Of a stretch of 64,000 nt of DNA, positions 21,913 to 31,939 are shown piece by piece. The DNA comes from an uncultured Gemmatimonadaceae bacterium (lineage in GTDB: Bacteria > Gemmatimonadota > Gemmatimonadetes > Gemmatimonadales > Gemmatimonadaceae). The notes below the pieces were generated by a model. The model was not told the DNA's origin. It did not search any database and was given only the letters and a program-made list of their open reading frames with translations. The DNA is taken from NCBI GenBank assembly GCA_963790305.1, contig CAWBOC010000005.1, positions 160,001-224,000 on the forward strand. Reading direction: 5' to 3'. Position numbers and translations under genes: made by a program. Every line of letters starts with the position of its first letter. Positions within the stretch are counted from its first letter, which is position 1.

Positions 21913-22564
21913 TCGCAGCGTACGCGTGGATGTCTGCGGCGAGTGGTTGCTTCTCCTGTCGGAGCGCGCCGTTTACTGGCCCCGCACGGAGACGCTGCTG
22001 ATCGCGGACGCGCACTTCGGAAAGGCGGCGTCATTCCGTGCCCGCGGTGTTCCAGTGCCGCACGGCACGACCGCGGAAGCCCTTGGGCGCGTCGACACGC
22101 TGCTCGAGCGCACGTCCGCAGGCCGCATCGTGTTCCTGGGCGACTTTCTTCACGCCAAGGAGGGGCGGGCACCGGCTACCGTGAATGCGTTGGCGGAATG
22201 GCGTGCCCGGCATCAGAGGATTGACATGACGCTCGTGCGGGGCAATCACGACCGGCGCGCGGGCGACCCGCCTCGCGAGATCGCGATCGACTGCGTGGAC
22301 GCGCCACTTCTTGACGGACCGTTCGCGCTCACGCATCACCCGCACGCTGTCCCCGGCGCGTACGTGCTCGCCGGGCACCTCCACCCGGCGGTCGTGATGA
22401 CCGGCCCGGCGCGTCAACGTGAGCGATTGGCCTGTTTCTGGTTAGGTGCGGACGTCGGAGTACTGCCCGCCTTCGGCGACTTTACTGGCGTGGCCGAGGT
22501 GAGCCCTGGTGTTGGCGATCGCGTCTTCGTGATCGCCGAGTGCTCTGTGGTCGAGGTTCGCTAG
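21905..22564 (+). CDS. pdeM: ligase-associated metallophosphoesterase/endonuclease
   Basis: ADAHFGK, LGDFLH, GNHD, GHLHP, LPAFG; fourth gene of the known operon. Confidence 0.9.
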   Translation: MDDRSVRVDVCGEWLLLLSERAVYWPRTETLLIADAHFGKAASFRARGVPVPHGTTAEALGRVDTLLERTSAGRIVFLGDFLHAKEGRAPATVNALAEWRARHQRIDMTLVRGNHDRRAGDPPREIAIDCVDAPLLDGPFALTHHPHAVPGAYVLAGHLHPAVVMTGPARQRERLACFWLGADVGVLPAFGDFTGVAEVSPGVGDRVFVIAECSVVEVR

Positions 22565-22580
22565 GCTTGGGCCGGCGCTC

Positions 22581-22810
22581 GGGGTGTGTAGGGCTGGCAT
22601 CCAGGTTCAAAGGGGGACGCGGATTTCGCGGATGCAGCGGACTTGGCGGATCGTTCCTGGTGAGCAGAACTTTCCTCGCGCAGGAAAAAAAACACTGCTT
22701 TTTGCTCCTGTAGAGGAAGGATCGCTGTGCATGGAACAATCCGCAGTATCCGCTGCATCCGCGTAATCCGCGTCCCAACTTTGAACCTGGATGCCAGCCC
22801 TACACACCCC
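22581..22810. repeat. long MITE-like palindrome with 9-nt periodic GCGGA units
   Basis: Arms 22581-22657 and 22733-22810; outer 32 bp are a perfect inverted repeat; four GCGGA units at 9-nt period in each arm. Confidence 0.9.
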
Positions 22811-22827
22811 ACGCGCCACCCCAAGAC

Positions 22828-23587
22828 TTAGCGAGCCAGAACTTCAGCCGCCGCAGCCTGAAGCACGGTAGCGACCGCAGCCGACACCCCGACATCAACA
22901 CCGGACGCCAGACGCACACGCGCAGGCAGCCCAACCGGGGACTGGTCGTAGAGCACGCCGTACATAACGAGTGCCGCGAGATAGGATCCCGCGATCGACG
23001 GATGCAGCCCGTCGGGGGAGTACAGCGCGAGCGCCGGATCGCGCTCCCAAGCGGCGAGCCACGCCGCGGCCACGGGGAAGAGCAGCCCGCTCACGTCCTG
23101 CGCTGCCAGTGTATAGGACTCGATCGCTGGAGCGAAATCCGCGCGACGCGAGCTCTGCGGCCATACCGAGTACAGCGCGGGCATCGCGCTTCGCGCGCGG
23201 ATCTGAGCAGTCATGGCGGCCACGCTGGCACGCAGCTGGGCGCGATTCTCCGGTAGCGATGACGGACCCTGCTGCAGCACGACGACTTCCCATCCGCCCA
23301 GCGCGATCGCACGCTCCGCGGCTCCCTGTGCGCGGTGGTCGTCGAGATTGAAATCGGGGAAGGCCACCATCATCACCGCCAAGCGACGCCCCGCCCGCCG
23401 AATCGGCGAGCGACTGCACGATCATCGGAAGATCGTTCCAATACGTAAGACTGTTGCCGATGAAGAGGATTCGCCGACCTTCGCCAACGAGCGCGGGCAG
23501 AGCGGGGCCCGAGGGCGCGCTGGAGCACCCGACACCGACTGCGCTCACCAGCGCGAGGACGACCCGAATCGAACGACCTAAGCGCAT
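22828..23587 (-). CDS. SGNH/GDSL hydrolase-family lipoprotein (frameshift near 23385)
   Basis: ILFIGNSLT block I, then in the next frame VVLQQGPSS...DGLHPS; lipobox-like GVGC. Confidence 0.8.
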
Positions 23588-23711
23588 GGAACCTGCTCCG
23601 TGAGTGCGGTGCGCCATGGTAACGCCGAGCGCACCATCGGCACAGCACACTTCCAGCCTGCGTGCATGAGATACAGTTTCTCTTACATCACCCAGGAAGA
23701 GTGAGGTTGGG

Positions 23712-24903
23712 ATGTTCATGCTACGACTCACCCTGATGTCGATCATCCTTGCAGCCGAGCGCCCCCGCGGTGGCGGTGGCACAGCGCGCGAGTGCGCTCG
23801 ACAGCGCCGTCTTCGTCACCCGGCTGGGATCGGATACGCTCGTCGTCGAGCGCGTGATTCGCTCGCCGCAACGCGTCGAGGCCGAAGTCGCCATGCGCGT
23901 CCCTCGCACATCCCGCACGGTCTACGTGCTTCAGCTCTCTCCCGCCGGTATGCTCGAGCGGATGGAAGCCACCACCTTCGACACGACCGGGGGCGGCGCC
24001 ACTCCGGCTCGTCGCGAAATCATCGCGCGCGTCGGCGATTCCCTGCGCATCGAGACGACGGCAGGCGACCAGGTTCGCGCTCGGACCCTCGGTGCCCAGC
24101 CCCACGTCCTCCCGTTCATCGACATGGTGCATTGGCCGTACGAGATCGCGCTCGTCCGTCTCAGAACGAGTGGTGCGAGTGACGCATTGCAGCCACTGCT
24201 CACTGGCTCGCGCGTCTCCAACTTCTCGTTCGCGCGCGTAGGCAAAGACAGCATGACCATCACCCATCCCCTCCCGCGGGACGATGCGTCTTCGTGTGGA
24301 CTCGGCCGGGCGCCTCATCGCGCTCGACGCTGGCGCGACGACCCGCAAGCTCGTCGTCGAGCGTCGTCCCTGGATGCCCATCGACGACATTGTCCGCCGG
24401 TGGACTTCGCAGGATGCCGCCGGCCGCAGTCTTGGCGCGCTGTCCGGGCGCGCGCGGTCCACCAACAAGTGGGCGGCGCAACCATCGGTCTCGATCACGG
24501 CACGCCCGCGAAGCGCGGGCGGGCTATCTGGGGAGCACTGGTTCCGTTCGGTAGCGTCTGGCGCACCGGCGCCAACGAAGCGACGCACTTCGAGACCGAT
24601 CGGGACCTCGTGTTTGGGACCGGTGCAGACACGCTGGCCGTTCCGGCGGGCCGGTATACGCTCTTCTCCGTTCCTGAGCGCGATGGCGGGTGGCTCATCA
24701 TCAATCGCGAAACAGGCCAGGCGGGTACCGCCCACGACCCGGCCCAGGACCTCGGGCGCGTGCGCCTCATATCCCGACCGCTCAGTGCCCCGGTGGAGAC
24801 CTTCACCATCAAGGCCGAGACCGAAGGAGCGTCGAACCTGCTTCGGCTCCAGTGGGACAGTGCCGAGCGCGTCGCCCCGTTCCGGGTTCGCCCAACGAAG
24901 TGA
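23712..24903 (+). CDS. secreted DUF2911-domain protein (apparent frameshifts near 23760, 24272 and 24462)
   Basis: C-terminal KRGRAIWGALVPFGSVWRTGANEAT...VPAGRYTLF; coherent protein segments alternate between frames. Confidence 0.75.
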
Positions 24904-24922
24904 CCCCGGCCGTGGTGCACGG

Positions 24923-24938
24923 GGGTACGCCTCGTGCA
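24923..24938 (+). promoter_or_regulatory. candidate sigma54 promoter inside a 17-bp hairpin (24908-24946)
   Basis: GGGTACGCCTCGTGCA (GG-N10-GC); predicted +1 near 24949, ATG at 24951. Confidence 0.45.
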
Positions 24939-24950
24939 CCACGGCCCGTC

Positions 24951-25538
24951 ATGGCGCTCCGCGAATTTACCGATAGTACGGGACGCCGGTGGCGAGTGTG
25001 GGACATCCGCCCCGAGCAGATGCACGCGGCGACGCGCGCGGAAGACCACCTGCAAAACGTCCTCAACGGGTGGCTCGCGTTCGAGCCAGCGGCCGGTGGT
25101 GAAAAGCGCCGATTGGCACCCATTCCAGCTCATTGGGACAACGCCACCGAAAGCGATCTCGAAGCAATGCTCGAGCGCGCCGAGTTGGCACGTAGCGAGG
25201 GAGGTGCTCCCCCGCGACGGGAATTCGCTGCCCCCCGGGGTGTCACCGAGAAGGCGACGCACACCGTCCCCGAGCCGACGATTCGCACCTTCCGCTATCC
25301 GAATGGACGGTATTGGACGGTCAACGAGCTGCAGGCTGATTCTACGGGCGCCGAGCGACGCCGCCCGCTCCTGCGGTTTACCTCCGGCTCACGCGCCTTG
25401 GATACGGCCGACTGGCCCTCGGGCTGGGTGGACATGTCGGAACAGGATCTGACCGAGCTGCTGTACCGGTCATTCCCTCGCGATGGCTCGGCGACGAATT
25501 CGACCGAGTTCCGGCGCCGTCGAGGCGACATCGCCTGA
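24951..25538 (+). CDS. hypothetical protein with two copies of a Trp-rich ~70-aa domain
   Basis: REFTDSTGRRWRVW...GWLAFE...KRRLAPIPAHW...L and RTFRYPNGRYWTV...LLRF...WPSGW...L. Confidence 0.8.
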   Translation: MALREFTDSTGRRWRVWDIRPEQMHAATRAEDHLQNVLNGWLAFEPAAGGEKRRLAPIPAHWDNATESDLEAMLERAELARSEGGAPPRREFAAPRGVTEKATHTVPEPTIRTFRYPNGRYWTVNELQADSTGAERRRPLLRFTSGSRALDTADWPSGWVDMSEQDLTELLYRSFPRDGSATNSTEFRRRRGDIA

Positions 25539-25555
25539 CGAGCCCTCCGAGGACG

Positions 25556-25571
25556 AGGCACGAGGGTTGCG
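25556..25571 (+). promoter_or_regulatory. candidate sigma54 promoter
   Basis: AGGCACGAGGGTTGCG, a near-consensus GGCACG-N4-TTGC, 65 nt upstream of ATG 25636. Confidence 0.6.
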
Positions 25572-25635
25572 CGGGCAGAGCGCCATCCGGCACCACCTCG
25601 TCACTCCGCACCGCTTTCGCCCGAGCCAACATCGC

Positions 25636-26178
25636 ATGACCACGCCTCCCTCGCCGCAATCAGATCCGCTCGTCGTCGCCCTCCAGCACACCGAGGCCGA
25701 GCTTGCCGAGAAGCTCGAGGAGGCCTGCGTTCCGGACACACGGGCAGTCTCCGAAGAGTCCACCGCCGAGCTCGCCAAGCTGAGCGACTCCCTCCTCGCC
25801 GCCGCTCGCGCCGCCAAGGACGTCGTCTCCCTGCGCAAGCGAAAGAATCAGAAGGAAGGCAAGGGCGATCCGATCGCGGCGGATGAGGCCATCCGCGAAT
25901 TCACGGATGGTGACGGCAGGAGGTGGCGGGTGTGGGCGGTGACGCCGACTCTGTCGCGCAGCTCGAGGCGCGAGTCAAACCTCGGCGAATTCGAGCAGGG
26001 GTGGCTGGCCTTCGAGACGCTCGACGAACAGCTGCGAAAGCGCCTGCCACATTATCCCGCCCAGTGGCGCACCATGAGCGACGCGAAGCTTCAGGAGCTG
26101 CTCGGTCTCGCGGTGGAGGCACCGACACGACGCGTCGAGCCGCGACGGCCCGACTCGCGGAGCGAGCCGCCGCTCTGA
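25636..26178 (+). CDS. hypothetical protein: N-terminal helical region plus one copy of the same Trp-rich domain
   Basis: REFTDGDGRRWRVW...GWLAFE...RKRLPHYPAQW...L, clearly similar to the upstream gene. Confidence 0.8.
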   Translation: MTTPPSPQSDPLVVALQHTEAELAEKLEEACVPDTRAVSEESTAELAKLSDSLLAAARAAKDVVSLRKRKNQKEGKGDPIAADEAIREFTDGDGRRWRVWAVTPTLSRSSRRESNLGEFEQGWLAFETLDEQLRKRLPHYPAQWRTMSDAKLQELLGLAVEAPTRRVEPRRPDSRSEPPL

Positions 26179-26184
26179 GCGACG

Positions 26185-26523
26185 TCAGCCGTTAGGCGCG
26201 CGCTCCTCGGACGGGCCGGGACTCTCCGGCGGGATCTCGGGTATCTCGGCCGACACACGCCGCGTGCGTCGGGGCTGGAGGAGCGTCGGATCGTCGTGCC
26301 ACACCGCCGACGCCTGCGCCCGCGCGCCGTCGAGAGCGTCGAATGACTGCTCCTGGTCGTACAGGACTTCGCACAGCAGCTGCGCGGTCGAATCCTCCGG
26401 CCAGTTGGCGCGGAGCTCCGCTCTGAGCCTCGCCAACTCGGCTGCCGACTGGGCGTCCGCCGCAATGCTTACGTACCGCTGATACTCGTCGCTTCGCATC
26501 CACCGTCTGGTCGCGTCCGACAT
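26185..26523 (-). CDS. hypothetical helical protein
   Basis: 112-aa ORF (MSDATRRW) with GAGG SD and an upstream -24/-12 motif. Confidence 0.6.
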   Translation of the reverse strand: MSDATRRWMRSDEYQRYVSIAADAQSAAELARLRAELRANWPEDSTAQLLCEVLYDQEQSFDALDGARAQASAVWHDDPTLLQPRRTRRVSAEIPEIPPESPGPSEERAPNG

Positions 26524-26561
26524 TCTCGCTACCTCGGGCCGTGCGGAAGCCAATATCAATG

Positions 26562-26577
26562 CGCTATCCCCGTGCCG
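26562..26577 (-). promoter_or_regulatory. candidate sigma54 promoter
   Basis: Minus strand CGGCACGGGGATAGCG (GGCACG-N4-TAGC), about 40 nt upstream of ATG 26523. Confidence 0.55.
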
Positions 26578-26711
26578 GATGCCAGGGGGGCCGCCAAGTC
26601 ACCCACAGCTCACGCGATGTTAATCCCCCGTTAATGGGGGGAACACGCGTTGGGGTAACAAATACAAGGGGGAGGACTTTCTGAAGGGTTCCGTCGTGAC
26701 CTCGGGTGGCC

Positions 26712-27588
26712 ATGCGTCGCGGTAGGGGTGGGGGCAAATCGTTCATCGGCGCCATGGCGCTCTGCGCGGCCGGGGCATGTACCGCGGCTGTGCGCGTGCA
26801 GCCGGAGCCCGCGGTCCTGGCAACCGCGTGTGCACTCACCGACACGCCGTCGACGACAGCCGACACCGCCGCAATCACCTTCAGTACGCAAGGGACGACG
26901 CGTGAGCAATGCGCGGTCACGCTCGTCGCCGCAACGCTGCGTCCATGGCCGACGGCGACGAGCGGGCCGTGGACGGTTGACGTCAGCGTCACTTCCACTG
27001 GGGCCATCGCGCACAGGCTAGGAAGCGAGGCTGCGCGCAACGCGATCGACGCCCGTCCTGCGCTCATCGTGACGGATGATCTCGACCTCACAGCGTATGC
27101 GGCTACTCGCGCCGATCTGGAGGTGACTCCGCTCCCGTGGGATCGCACATACGTGCGCCTCTCTCCGCGGGGTGACGTGGCTGTCAGGGGCGGATGCGGG
27201 GCCGGACGCGGTGCGCGCCGACGCGCGATCGGCCGACGCTCCGACGTGCGACCCGTTTCTCGGGGAGGCGAGCGCCGACTCTGCGCGCCTCTCATCGAAG
27301 CGCGTGGTGTACGACGCAGCCGACCGCACGGCGCGTGAGCTCGCCGAGCGGGTCGTCGCGCTCGCCGAGCGCTCGGATGCGACGGCCGCTGGATTGTCCG
27401 CCGGCGAGCTCGACCTGGCGCTTCGTGCTGGGAACGAGCTCGCGTACGTGGTGTCCGTGTCTAGTTCCCTGTATTGCGACACCCTCGCCGGGCTTGCGCA
27501 ACGTGCGCCGTGGATGAGCGCGCATTCCATCTTGCCGCTCATCGACACACGCGCCCATGCGATCGCGCCTCGCGCGCCACAGCCATGA
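26712..27588 (+). CDS. putative lipoprotein, possibly a degenerate solute-binding-protein-like sensor partner (frameshift near 27170)
   Basis: AAGAC lipobox-like sequence; coding switches frame near 27170; ends with ATGA overlap into the kinase. Confidence 0.55.
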
Positions 27589-29260
27589 CCTTTCGCGCGC
27601 GCATGTCGGTGGCGTTCGTCGTCGCCGCGCTCATTCCGCTTGCGGTGCTCGCCCACGGCGTACGTCGCGACGTGACGCGCAGGCTCACCGCGCAGCACGA
27701 GCGGCGCGTGAACACTCTCGTCGACATCGTCCGCCAGGATCTCGCCAGAGAAAGCGCGTCGATTGCCGCACGGCTCGAGATTCTCGAGGCAGATCTGTCG
27801 ACGGATGATCGCTTTCGCCTCGGAGCGATGCGCGGCGACCCAACGCAGCGACGCTACGTGCTCGATTGGGCCGAGCGCGCGATGGAAATCTCCGGGCTCT
27901 CGATGCTGCGCGTGTATGACGACTCCGGACGCGTCGTGAGCTCCGGGCACTTCCGCAACGAATTCGGACGGAACGATAGCCGTCTGCTCGCGCGCCTCGC
28001 GGCAGCTCCAGGCCAAGAGGCGCTCGTCGATGTGAAGACTCCCGGAGGCTCCTTCCGCGCCCTCACGCGAGCTGAGTCCGCCGCTGTGGGTGGACGCGCC
28101 TTCACCATCGTCGGCGGCACGACGGTCGACGCCACCTTTTTCACGCGGCTCAGTCGCGGGGGGAGCTGGATGTCTCGCTGACACTCGGCGACCTCTCGCT
28201 TCCTGCCTCCCACGCGGTAGCGAGGCTTCCTCTCGTGTACGTGGATGACGCCGCCAATGCCTTCGCCACCACGCATCTGATGGTCGCCCCTCGCGGCGAC
28301 GAGCTGCAAATGCTGAGGCGCGACCTCGACCGTTGGGTGGCTGCCTCGTTCCTCCTCGCCGCGATCGCGGGTGCCATTCTCATCGCATGGCTGGCCGCGG
28401 GGTTGAGTCGGCCCATGGCAACGCTCGCACGTGCTGCGCTCTCGATCGATTTCAACACACCTGAGGTCGACACCGTCGCCGCGCGCGAGGACGAGGTCGG
28501 GACGCTCGCGCGGCGCTTCGCCGCAATGACACGCCGCCTCCGCGCCGGCGCAGTTCGCCTGCGCGATGCCGAGCGTCGCGCCACGGTCGGCGAGATGGCG
28601 CGGCAGGTGAACCACGACATGAAAAACGGACTGGTGCCGATTCGGAATGTCCTGCGCCACCTCGCCCAGGTGCAGGAGCGAGCACCGCACGAGCTCGCCA
28701 CGGTCTTCGGTGAGCGGCGAGCGACACTCGACTCCAGCGTCACGTATCTCGATGAGCTCGCCACACGATGGGCACGGCTCACACCGCGAACCGACCGCCG
28801 CCCCGTCGATGTGAACACGATCGTACAAGACATCGCGACCGGGGCACGCGACGCCTACGCCGCGTCGATCCAGGTGCATTTGCAGGGAGGAATGCTGCCC
28901 GTGCTCGGAGATCCAGTTGCACTCCGGCGAGTGCTCGACAACCTCGTCACGAACGGCTTGCAAAGCCTCCCCGCTGACGGCGGCTCCGTCACGATATCCA
29001 CCGAGCAGCGCGATCACGTCGTGCGCATCACGGTGACGGATACGGGATGCGGAATGGCACCAGAGGAAGTGGCTCGCGCGCTCGGCGGCTTCTACACGAC
29101 GAAGCCACAGGGCACCGGACTGGGCCTGTCTGTCGTACGCCGCCTGGTCGCCGACCATGGCGGAGATGTTCACATCGACACGGCGCCTCGGCGCGGAACC
29201 AGAGTGATCGTCGAGCTGCCAGTGCACTCAACCAGAGTCTCCCGGGCTTCGCACTCATGA
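27585..29260 (+). CDS. HAMP-containing sensor histidine kinase (frameshift in the G-run at about 28158-28163)
   Basis: Two TMs, HAMP (REDEVGTL), H-box QVNHDMKN, NLVTNG, DTGCGM, FYTTK, GTGLGL. Confidence 0.9.
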
Positions 29261-30621
29261 ACACATTGCTCATTGTCGACGACGTTCGCGCGCTCGCCGA
29301 CCAGTTCGCGTACGATCTCCGGCGCCTCACGAGCATGGAGACCATCGTCGCGACCGACGGTGATACGGCGCTCGAGATTCTGGCCCGCGAGCCGGTGGAT
29401 TGTGTGATTCTCGACCTCGAGATGCCGGGACGCGACGGGTTCGGGGTGCTTCGGGCGATGAGGGAGCGCGGACTCGACGTCCCGGTCGTCGTGTACACGG
29501 GCACCGGGAACTACGACCGCTGCGTGCAAGCCATGCGGGCGGGCGCCTATGGCTTCATCGACAAGGGCGAGACGGTCGAGCGCGTTGCACGCGAGGTCGA
29601 GAGCGCCATCGAGCGGCGTCTACTGTTGGCGGAAGTTGCCACGCTCCGCACCTATGCCGCGGACGATTCGGCGCTGCTCGGCGACAGCCCGGCGATGCGC
29701 CGACTGAAGGAGAGCATCGTTCGCGTAGCGCCTATCCCGTCGACCGTTCTCATCATTGGAGAGAGCGGGTCCGGCAAGGAGCTCGTTGCGCGCGACGTGC
29801 ACCGCTTGAGCGGACGCGAGCGCGAGCCGTTCGTCGCCATCAACTGCGCCGCGATTCCGGAGCAGCTCGTCGAAAGCGAGCTCTTTGGCCATGAGCGGGG
29901 CGCATTCACCGGCGCGCACGCGACGCGCAAGGGCGCCTTCGAGGCGGCGGGAAAGGGAACGCTATTTCTCGACGAGATTGGTGAGCTTCCCCTTCCCGCT
30001 CAGGCGAAGCTGCTTCGGACGCTCGAGGAGCGGCAGATCGTACGGGTCGGCGCGTCGCGCCCGATTCCCGTCGCGGCTCGCATCATTGCCGCCACCAACC
30101 GCGAGCTCGCGACGGAAGTCGCCGAGCGGCGCTTCCGCGAGGATCTCCTCTTTCGGCTGGATGTGCATGCGCTCCGGGTACCGCCCCTCCGGGAGCGCAG
30201 GTCCGACATTCCTCAGCTTGCCGACTATCTCGTGCGCACCACGTGCGACCGATTCGGCATTCGTCGAAAGGTCATTTCGGCCGGGGCGATCGAGCTGCTC
30301 GCGTCAAACGACTGGAAACGCAACAACGTGCGCGAGCTCCGGAACGTCATCGAGCGGATGGTGATCGCGTCAGATGGCAATGCGATCGAAGAGGACCACA
30401 TCCCCGCGGAGCTCAAGGGAACCGCCACCGTCGGCACGCACGAGGGGAGCTCGAGCACCTTCGTCGACCTGAAGGCGGAGGCCGAGCGGCAGATCATCGT
30501 CGCGGCGCTTCAGCGGCATGACTGGCACGTGACGCAAACCGCCCGGGCGCTCGGACTCGCCGACCACGCGAGCCTCCTGAAGATCATGCGCCGGCACGGG
30601 CTCAAGAACCAAGGGCGCTAA
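29257..30621 (+). CDS. sigma54-dependent response regulator (NtrC family)
   Basis: Receiver LIVDD...DLEMP; GESGSGKE, GAFTGA, LFLDEIGE; Fis-type HTH. Confidence 0.96.
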   Translation: MNTLLIVDDVRALADQFAYDLRRLTSMETIVATDGDTALEILAREPVDCVILDLEMPGRDGFGVLRAMRERGLDVPVVVYTGTGNYDRCVQAMRAGAYGFIDKGETVERVAREVESAIERRLLLAEVATLRTYAADDSALLGDSPAMRRLKESIVRVAPIPSTVLIIGESGSGKELVARDVHRLSGREREPFVAINCAAIPEQLVESELFGHERGAFTGAHATRKGAFEAAGKGTLFLDEIGELPLPAQAKLLRTLEERQIVRVGASRPIPVAARIIAATNRELATEVAERRFREDLLFRLDVHALRVPPLRERRSDIPQLADYLVRTTCDRFGIRRKVISAGAIELLASNDWKRNNVRELRNVIERMVIASDGNAIEEDHIPAELKGTATVGTHEGSSSTFVDLKAEAERQIIVAALQRHDWHVTQTARALGLADHASLLKIMRRHGLKNQGR

Positions 30622-30729
30622 AGGCGCTAGAGGCGCTAGAGGCGCTGTGTCCTCACGGACACGAGGCGACCCGCGAAACCGTGTCCGCGCGAACACAGCG
30701 CCTTTAGCGCCTTTAGCGCCTCTAGCGCC
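30614..30729. repeat. palindromic element with 9-nt tandem-repeat arms
   Basis: (ggcgctara)x3-ggcgctgtgt ... acacagcgcc-(tytagcgcc)x3; inner stem cggacacg/cgtgtccg. Confidence 0.9.
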
Positions 30730-30859
30730 ATCTGTACGCATGGCAATGAGTTGCGCGATGGACTTTCTCCTCGGCGGACGGGTCCCCCCGTTGCCCTAAC
30801 GAGCGGGCACGCTGTCACCACAAACGCGCCCCGAGGGGCGCACACCAGAGGAGAGGACC

Positions 30860-31852
30860 ATGCGTCGCCCCATTCATTTCGCTGAGCAGCCCCGTCGCAA
30901 TTACCTGCCGCTCGCGCTCACCGCGCTGGCCGTGCTCACCATCTTCGCGTGCGATCGAAGAGAGCCCGAGCCGCGCACCACCACTTCCGTCAACGATCCG
31001 GTCGTCGTGAACGACTCCGTCGTCGAGTCGCCCGTGCAGGCGAGTACGCCGAGCTACGAGAACGTCACGTACGAGGAGGCCGAGTCGACGTTCACGTCAC
31101 GCCGTTACGACGAAGCCACCGAGATGTTCGCGGCGTACGTCACCCGCCGCCCAAAGAATCCGTGGGGGCACTACATGCTCGGCCTCTCGGCGTGGAAGGG
31201 CGGACAGCTCCCGCGGGCGCGTGAGAGCTTCGAGCGGTCGATCGAGCTCGATCCGTCGCACGTGAAGAGCCTGCTCAACCTCACCCGCGTGCTGCTGGAG
31301 CTCAACGAGCCTCGTGAGGCGTCCGAGCGCGTGCTCGCCGCGCTCCAGCTCGATTCGACGTCGGCCGAGACGTATCGTCTCCAGGGGCGTGTGCAAACCG
31401 CGCTGGGCGAGACTGATGCAGCGATCGATTCCTACCGCGCTGCACTCACGCTCGACGCCCATGACGTGTGGGCGATGAACAACATGGGACTGTTGCTGAT
31501 CCAGCTCGGCCGGTTCGAGGAAGCGCTGCGGCCGCTCGCGCGCGCCGTGCAGCTCGATTCTACCATTCCCGTGTTCCGCAACAATTTCGGCATGGCGCTG
31601 GAGCGCACCGGACACTTCGTCGCAGCCGCGGAGTCGTATCGCGCGGCGGTGTCGATCGACCCGGGCTACGCGAAGGCGTCGGCAAGCCTCGCGCGCATCG
31701 ACGGGCGCGGAGATGATCCCGTTGCCCAGCCGATCGATGTGGCGTTGCTCGCCGAGGACTTCATCCGCGAGGTCGAGACGTGGAAGACGGAGCGTGTTGC
31801 CGTGAGTGAGTCACCGGTCGTGGTCATACCAGTGGAGCCACCCAACCGCTAG
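30860..31852 (+). CDS. tetratricopeptide-repeat lipoprotein
   Basis: IFAC lipobox, about 6-7 TPR-like repeats, GAGGA SD. Confidence 0.88.
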   Translation: MRRPIHFAEQPRRNYLPLALTALAVLTIFACDRREPEPRTTTSVNDPVVVNDSVVESPVQASTPSYENVTYEEAESTFTSRRYDEATEMFAAYVTRRPKNPWGHYMLGLSAWKGGQLPRARESFERSIELDPSHVKSLLNLTRVLLELNEPREASERVLAALQLDSTSAETYRLQGRVQTALGETDAAIDSYRAALTLDAHDVWAMNNMGLLLIQLGRFEEALRPLARAVQLDSTIPVFRNNFGMALERTGHFVAAAESYRAAVSIDPGYAKASASLARIDGRGDDPVAQPIDVALLAEDFIREVETWKTERVAVSESPVVVIPVEPPNR

Positions 31853-31939
31853 CCGAGGCGGTGCGTCGGGAAACGAGCGCGGCGATCTGGAGATCGCCGC
31901 GCTCGTGCGTTGTGCGCCATCACCGAGTACTTTCGCCAA

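Noticed and set aside
16815..22564. Nuclease-ligase-helicase-phosphoesterase operon as a novel defence system
   Set aside because: It matches the already described ligase-associated DNA damage response operon in content and order.
22561..22824. Small mirror-image ORFs over the palindrome (also 43791-44369 and 30370-30741)
   Set aside because: By-products of 9-nt periodic inverted repeats; no SD or protein-like features.
30741..30754. TGGCAATGAGTTGC as a sigma54 promoter
   Set aside because: GG-to-GC spacing is 9 nt rather than the required 10.
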